Origin: a virus
Lineage: Duplodnaviria > Caudoviricetes
Virus record (IMG/VR): IMGVR_UViG_3300009426_000008
Span: 1 to 49,969 of that record
Length of the DNA: 49,969 nucleotides
Reading direction: 5' to 3' (one strand)
The notes under the pieces were generated by a model that was given only the letters and a program-made list of their open reading frames with translations, did not search any database and was not told the DNA's origin. A program made the position numbers and the translations under genes. Positions 45,291 to 49,969 of this stretch are shown here, in pieces (position 1 is the first letter of the stretch; each line of letters opens with the position of its first letter).

Positions 45291-45445
45291 ACGAACGTGA
45301 AAAAGAAGAGCTAGAGAACCAACAAGCTGTTGACGAGTACCTCAAAAATGGCGGCAAGGTTACAACCCTTGAGGCAGGGCTACGGTCAGACCCAGAGTTG
45401 CTCATATCACCGTGGAATAAAAGAAAGGCGGCGGCAAAGAAATGA
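45287..45445 (+). CDS. Small protein with SutA-like motif
   Basis: 52 aa ...AVDEYLKNGGKVTTL...; ATGA-coupled at both ends, below track cutoff. Confidence 0.55.
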   Translation: MNEREKEELENQQAVDEYLKNGGKVTTLEAGLRSDPELLISPWNKRKAAAKK

Positions 45446-45825
45446 AACAAGTTAGAACAGCAAGAGGTCGTGTTATTGACATGGCTGCACTTGCTAAAGT
45501 AAATGAAAAAGAACGTGCTGTATCACCCGGCAACATAACTATGAACGCCCGTGGTGATCGCATTGACAAGAGTGGCAACGTGATTCAAACAGTACAGGCG
45601 AAGGCAAGAGCGCAGCATAACACAACCAGTGCACCAGAGAAGCGCAAGTTGAGTGAAGCACCAAGCGCACAAAAACCTGCGCCAAAGAAGAAAGTTACAA
45701 AGAAAGAGCCGGACCCTATTGATTCCAATATAGTCCGTGAAGAAGAAAAAACACGTGAAGACGGAACCCGCTACATTGAAGTCGAATACGATGACGGTAG
45801 CATGGATGTAAGAGAGATCAAATGA
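45442..45825 (+). CDS. Conserved large-phage hypothetical protein
   Basis: RTARG..IDM..L...NE...AV.PGN...NARGD. Confidence 0.8.
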   Translation: MKQVRTARGRVIDMAALAKVNEKERAVSPGNITMNARGDRIDKSGNVIQTVQAKARAQHNTTSAPEKRKLSEAPSAQKPAPKKKVTKKEPDPIDSNIVREEEKTREDGTRYIEVEYDDGSMDVREIK

Positions 45826-46142
45826 TGCGAGAATTTAAACCATTAGGTGATAAAATTATTGGAATGATGTGCGATCCGATTGGTTCGGAACGCTCTACTA
45901 AAGCAGGACTTATAATTCGTGCAAAGAACCTGGATGAAGATTCAATCCGTCCACGCTGGTTTGAAGTAACACATGTTGGTCCTGAACAAGACGAAGTTAA
46001 AACAGGCGATTATGTGTTAGTACCACATGGACGTTGGAGCCGAGGCATTGACCTTAAAGGCACGATGAAGGAAGAGGATAAGTTCTTCCTTTTAGACAAT
46101 GAAGAACTATTAATGATAAGCGATGTCCTTGACTTATCTTAA
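45822..46142 (+). CDS. GroES-like co-chaperonin
   Basis: KPLGD, T.AGLII, V..VGP, VK.GD.VL. Confidence 0.8.
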   Translation: MMREFKPLGDKIIGMMCDPIGSERSTKAGLIIRAKNLDEDSIRPRWFEVTHVGPEQDEVKTGDYVLVPHGRWSRGIDLKGTMKEEDKFFLLDNEELLMISDVLDLS

Positions 46143-46147
46143 AGATA

Positions 46148-46357
46148 ATGACATTGCCCCCTTTCATAAACTCTTGGATCAATAAAACACTTGACTGGTG
46201 CAAGACTAAACGTGTATTCTGGAAAGTATATTTTTGGTGGAGCATACGTGAAGCACGTAAGCGCAGGCTAGCAACAGAAGCTCGCCATGCTGCACTACCC
46301 AAAATGACACATGATGAATATTGGGAACACGAACATATGAAAAATAAAGGTGAATAA
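46148..46357 (+). CDS. Hypothetical protein
   Basis: 69 aa, coupled to clamp loader. Confidence 0.65.
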   Translation: MTLPPFINSWINKTLDWCKTKRVFWKVYFWWSIREARKRRLATEARHAALPKMTHDEYWEHEHMKNKGE

Positions 46358-47277
46358 TGGCTAAAGAGATGTGGGTTGAAAAGTATCGCCCAAAAACCGT
46401 AACGGACTATGTTTTCAAGGATCCTAAGCAACGCAAGCAAGTAATGAGTTGGATTGCTGATAAAAGTATCCCGCACTTGCTATTCCATGGTGGCGCTGGT
46501 ACTGGTAAGACAACACTTGCTAAGGTGTTGGCACATGAGTTAGGCGTCCAGGAAGCTGACTTTATGTACATTAACGCTAGTCGTGATAACGGCGTTGACT
46601 TTATCCGTGACCGCATCACACGCTTCTGTAGCAGTATGCCTTGGGGCGACTTTAAGATTGTGCTACTTGACGAGGCTGACTATTTGTCTCCAAACGCACA
46701 GGCTGTCTTGCGTGGTGTGATGGAACAATATGCAGACGAGGTCCGCTTTATTCTTACCTGTAACTATGTACACAAGATTATGCCCGCGGTAAAAAGCCGT
46801 AGTCAAGAATTCCACATCAGCAATCAGGATCAAACAGACTTCACATCGCGTGTTGCAGAGATTCTTATTACTGAAGGTGTTGATGTAGACTTAGAAACAA
46901 TTGACCTCTATGTACGCGCAACCTATCCGGACTTGCGTAAAACAATCAACTCAGTACAGCAAAATGTAACAGACGGAAAACTGTCCCCACCAGACGAAGG
47001 TGATGAACTTGCTAGTGACTGGCGACTTAAAATGGTTAGTTTGTTCCGTGACGGTAAAATACGTCAGGCACGAGAACTAATTTGCAAGAGCGCTAGTCCA
47101 GAAGACTTTGAGGATATGTTTAAATTCTTGTATCGTAACCTAGACTTTTTTGGTGGTACTGACGAAGATCAAGACGCTGCGGTTGTTATCATTCGTAACG
47201 GCATGTTTAAACACACACAGATTGCAGATCCTGAGATTAACTTTTCTGCAACAATGATTGAATTGGAGAACATCTGA
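46357..47277 (+). CDS. Clamp loader AAA+ subunit (T4 gp44/RFC small subunit-like)
   Basis: WVEKYRP, G.AGTGKTT, INAS, LLDEAD, FILTCN, SR. Confidence 0.93.
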   Translation: MAKEMWVEKYRPKTVTDYVFKDPKQRKQVMSWIADKSIPHLLFHGGAGTGKTTLAKVLAHELGVQEADFMYINASRDNGVDFIRDRITRFCSSMPWGDFKIVLLDEADYLSPNAQAVLRGVMEQYADEVRFILTCNYVHKIMPAVKSRSQEFHISNQDQTDFTSRVAEILITEGVDVDLETIDLYVRATYPDLRKTINSVQQNVTDGKLSPPDEGDELASDWRLKMVSLFRDGKIRQARELICKSASPEDFEDMFKFLYRNLDFFGGTDEDQDAAVVIIRNGMFKHTQIADPEINFSATMIELENI

Positions 47278-47735
47278 TGGCTTTTGGAACGTCTATATCC
47301 CATGGCGAAGTTCAGGATCGAGTTGGTAAAACACGCGAGAAGCTTGAAAAGGAAGGTATCATTGTAAGGGACGCCAGGATTAGGTCACGTCCAATGATGG
47401 TAGCAAATTATGAAGACGGCAGGGATTTTTATGCTGGTTCCGACCTGGCGCTAGATGCTAGATCCATATCAGGATATGACGTTTCTTGGACCTTAGAACT
47501 GAATCAACACAGTGTTGAAACATTCTTACACTCAGGTGAACGTTTATACGATGCATGTCAAAGGTACGATATTCTTCAATTGGAATTTACATCAGTCAAT
47601 GAAGAGCTAAAGGGGCATCTAAGGAACAAATATCGTCTGCGCGAGACACTTAGAACTAATCCAGGAATTGCGGCGCAGTGGGATGAATTTATGGTTATGC
47701 TTAAAATGGCAGGGTTTGACGGCGATATTGCGTAA
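47277..47735 (+). CDS. Hypothetical protein with C-terminal MxKM motif
   Basis: QWDEFMVMLKMAG. Confidence 0.7.
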   Translation: MAFGTSISHGEVQDRVGKTREKLEKEGIIVRDARIRSRPMMVANYEDGRDFYAGSDLALDARSISGYDVSWTLELNQHSVETFLHSGERLYDACQRYDILQLEFTSVNEELKGHLRNKYRLRETLRTNPGIAAQWDEFMVMLKMAGFDGDIA

Positions 47736-47742
47736 ATAACGT

Positions 47743-47925
47743 ATGGGGGAAACTTGCCTAATACGTTATTCAGTCCGGGTACCATTTCCAGACGAAGACA
47801 AATACTGTTTTGTTCTTGACAAAGCAGGTAAAGTGCACTATTATGATGACAGGAAGAATGCTGAGAAAATAGCTCAGCAATTTTATGAAGCTGTCATAAT
47901 GGAGTCAAAATATTATGGGTTCTAG
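47743..47925 (+). CDS. Hypothetical protein
   Basis: 60 aa; TAAATA 4 nt before ATG. Confidence 0.6.
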   Translation: MGETCLIRYSVRVPFPDEDKYCFVLDKAGKVHYYDDRKNAEKIAQQFYEAVIMESKYYGF

Positions 47926-48199
47926 CGCAATAGTTTGGGTTCTTGTCCTAATTGGATATAACTCGCTCAGTCACAAAGTAACAACTCATAAAGAAATGAG
48001 TTACCATATTTCACCCTCTGATTGCATCCAGGAGAAAACTTATCAAAACGATCGTGGACGCAAAGAGACCTTTAACCGCAAATACATCTGTATGCCCGTC
48101 TATGACGCACAAATGCGAGCTAGGGTACAAGCTGCACACGGCAATGCTGGCGGAAACGGCTACCGCAGTGGCGGACGGATTGTTATCGAAATTAAATAG
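47915..48199 (+). CDS. Hypothetical protein with hydrophobic N-terminus
   Basis: 94 aa, SD GGAG; TAG TAA tandem stop. Confidence 0.65.
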   Translation: MGSSAIVWVLVLIGYNSLSHKVTTHKEMSYHISPSDCIQEKTYQNDRGRKETFNRKYICMPVYDAQMRARVQAAHGNAGGNGYRSGGRIVIEIK

Positions 48200-48202
48200 T
48201 AA

Positions 48203-48643
48203 ATGATTTTTACAGCCTCCCGAGAATTTCCAACCAATATGCTGCCTGTCAGTTTTATGCCGACGGCAGTTGGTATGCTGTTTCGCTGCTCGCAAACATT
48301 GCAGGAACTTGGGCTACTGGGTCCGCTATCCTCACAGAGGATAGATGATCAAGAAGGCGAGCATTTTGAAGCGATGGTATATGATTTAAACAAAGAACAT
48401 AAAGAAATATATCACAATGACATGAGTGTAATATTTCCGGGCTGGCCAAGCAATGTTGTAGAGGAATGGGCAGTTGACTATAACAATAGTTTCATGTTAA
48501 AATTTGATGTGTTTTACAGGCCTCCTACTATGAACAGTTCGTTATATGTCAAAGCGTTTGGTATTAGTAATGTAGATTGGCCAGAATATCAAGACACATA
48601 CAAACAAGCAATTACAATGGAAAAGTTAAGGAGCAACATATAA
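48203..48643 (+). CDS. Hypothetical protein with C-terminal MxKL motif
   Basis: Ends QAITMEKLRSNI. Confidence 0.65.
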   Translation: MIFTASREFPTNMLPVSFMPTAVGMLFRCSQTLQELGLLGPLSSQRIDDQEGEHFEAMVYDLNKEHKEIYHNDMSVIFPGWPSNVVEEWAVDYNNSFMLKFDVFYRPPTMNSSLYVKAFGISNVDWPEYQDTYKQAITMEKLRSNI

Positions 48644-48906
48644 TGGATAAACAAAAAATCCTTGAAGAACTTCATGAAGGCGTTACACTTGTAAGCTTTA
48701 AAAAGGTAAATGGTGAACGGCGTGACATGCGTTGCACATTGAATGAGGCGATGCTGCCTCCTAAACCTGAACCAGATCCAGATGCTCCCCTCAAAATGCC
48801 TCGTCCTCCCAACCCAGACGTACAGAGTGTATGGGACGTTGACGCCAAGGGCTGGCGCAGTTTCCGTTGGGCAAATGTAATTACCGAGGAAGAAAACAAT
48901 GCCTAA
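48643..48906 (+). CDS. WYL_2/SH3-like beta-barrel protein
   Basis: V.F.KVNGE.RDM.CTL...VWDV...GWRSFR; start moved to ATG after SD AGGAG. Confidence 0.8.
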   Translation: MDKQKILEELHEGVTLVSFKKVNGERRDMRCTLNEAMLPPKPEPDPDAPLKMPRPPNPDVQSVWDVDAKGWRSFRWANVITEEENNA

Positions 48907-49078
48907 ATATCAATATAATCAAATTGAAGATGTAACGCCAGACCACCGAGCGTTAGTTGAAAGTGCAGTTGGCTTGCCAATTGAAGAAATTGATATTGTA
49001 CATATTAATGAATTTCTAAATGAGTTCATTGATGCGTGTAACGATATGCTTAATTTAATGATTGAGGGCGAAAAGTAA
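48899..49078 (+). CDS. Hypothetical acidic protein
   Basis: 59 aa MPKYQYNQIEDV..., SD GAGGA, below track cutoff. Confidence 0.6.
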   Translation: MPKYQYNQIEDVTPDHRALVESAVGLPIEEIDIVHINEFLNEFIDACNDMLNLMIEGEK

Positions 49079-49081
49079 CCT

Positions 49082-49678
49082 TTGGAAAAACTTATTGTAA
49101 CAGATGTAGACGGCGTGCTGCTCAATTGGGAAGAACACTTCCACGAGTATATGCGTAGTCACGGTCACCAAAAAGCACATGAAAACCCCAGCTATTGGCA
49201 GGAAACTTATTATCCGCATTTGAGTGAAGTACGAGCCCGTGAGATGGTTTATCACTTTAATACAAGTGCGTGGATGATGGGCTTGCCAGCACTACGTGAT
49301 GCTCGTAGTGGTGTTGCACGGCTAGTAGAGGCAGGCTATGAGTTTGTTGCAGTTACAGCAATGGGAGAAGATCCGTTCAGTTTGCTAGCTCGTACATACA
49401 ATCTTGATCAACTATTTGGGGCAGGCGTTTTTCGTGAGGTCATTGCAACGAATATGTATGATCCTGACAGTAAAGTGTCAACACTGAATCGATGGGCGGA
49501 TCAAAATATTCCCTGGATTGAAGACAAGCCTACTAATGCTACACTTGGGGCGCGGCTGGGCTACAATACTTTTATCATAGACCATCTTTATAATGCTGAA
49601 TTTGATGAAGGGGATGACATTAAACGTGTGAACAGTTGGTCTGACATCTGCGAAGTTATTTTAAGTGAGAACTATTAA
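49082..49678 (+). CDS. HAD-family 5'(3')-deoxyribonucleotidase-like (T4 30.2-like)
   Basis: TDVDGVLLNW, VT, R..NL..LFG, WIEDK..NA..G. Confidence 0.85.
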   Translation: MEKLIVTDVDGVLLNWEEHFHEYMRSHGHQKAHENPSYWQETYYPHLSEVRAREMVYHFNTSAWMMGLPALRDARSGVARLVEAGYEFVAVTAMGEDPFSLLARTYNLDQLFGAGVFREVIATNMYDPDSKVSTLNRWADQNIPWIEDKPTNATLGARLGYNTFIIDHLYNAEFDEGDDIKRVNSWSDICEVILSENY

Positions 49679-49969
49679 TCTTCGTCTCCGTAGATTGCTA
49701 GCACCTCTTTTACAGCGGGATGACGCTCGACATCACATTGATTAAATTCAACTGAGCCGATGCGTGTAGAGCGGTCTGATAGACGAGCAATAATGTCTCT
49801 CAGTCCGTTTGATTCGAATCCCCTGTCGTGCTGAGTAATATCGCCTGTTACAACGATACGACTATTGTCGCCAATACGAGTTAGCAACATCTTCATTTGA
49901 TTAGGCGTTGCGTTTTGCATCTCGTCAGCTAGGATCCATGCGTTTTTGAACGTGCGACCGCGCATGTAA
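49675..49969 (-). CDS. phoH: PhoH-like ATPase, C-terminal part (5' end outside window)
   Basis: MRGRTF, DEMQN, LLTRIG, GD..Q.D, DVERH..V. Confidence 0.93.
   Translation of the reverse strand, partial: YMRGRTFKNAWILADEMQNATPNQMKMLLTRIGDNSRIVVTGDITQHDRGFESNGLRDIIARLSDRSTRIGSVEFNQCDVERHPAVKEVLAIYGDED

Noticed and set aside
223-49255. Numerous minus-strand and alternate-frame ORFs in the track
   Set aside because: They are shadows of + strand genes with no motifs or SD; only 9442-10068, 16962-17348 and phoH are accepted on the - strand.
1-49969. Genome-wide TAG or TGA recoding
   Set aside because: Long conserved genes are intact under the standard code, and TGA and TAG occur at natural gene ends, often in ATGA overlaps.

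Overview
About 50 kb of a large, T4-like/jumbo-type lytic dsDNA phage genome, densely coding and almost all on the + strand. An alphaproteobacterial (probably Rhodobacteraceae-like) host is inferred from the FdxA-type ferredoxin, cytochrome c' and ClpP. Bases 1-15.2 kb hold a late, TAAATA-driven module of Thr/Gly-rich virion proteins plus SPOUT-like, macrodomain-like and sulfotransferase-like genes. Bases 15.2-17 kb are an RNA island: a ~430-nt ORF-free, highly base-paired element ending in hairpin-ACCA, a tRNA best read as an amber (CUA) suppressor, tRNA-Thr and a second small structured RNA. Bases 17-50 kb are an early/middle accessory and replication region: DNA ligase, Rnl1 RNA ligase, split Pnkp-like kinase and phosphatase, Acb1-like 2H phosphodiesterase, PTH2-like protein, topoisomerase II subunits, ClpP, QueD, SufT/IscA, MazG, a DnaE fragment, GroES, clamp loader and PhoH. 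The most unusual signals are (1) about 14 otherwise unrelated small ORFs sharing one short motif, roughly [DE]-x-x-h-[VTI]-M-x-K-[LM], usually near the C-terminus and densest around clpP; (2) eight copies of a promoter/leader cassette, plus a hairpin-displayed sequence antisense to its leader; (3) the large structured RNA. All calls come from reading motifs by eye; no database search or folding program was run.
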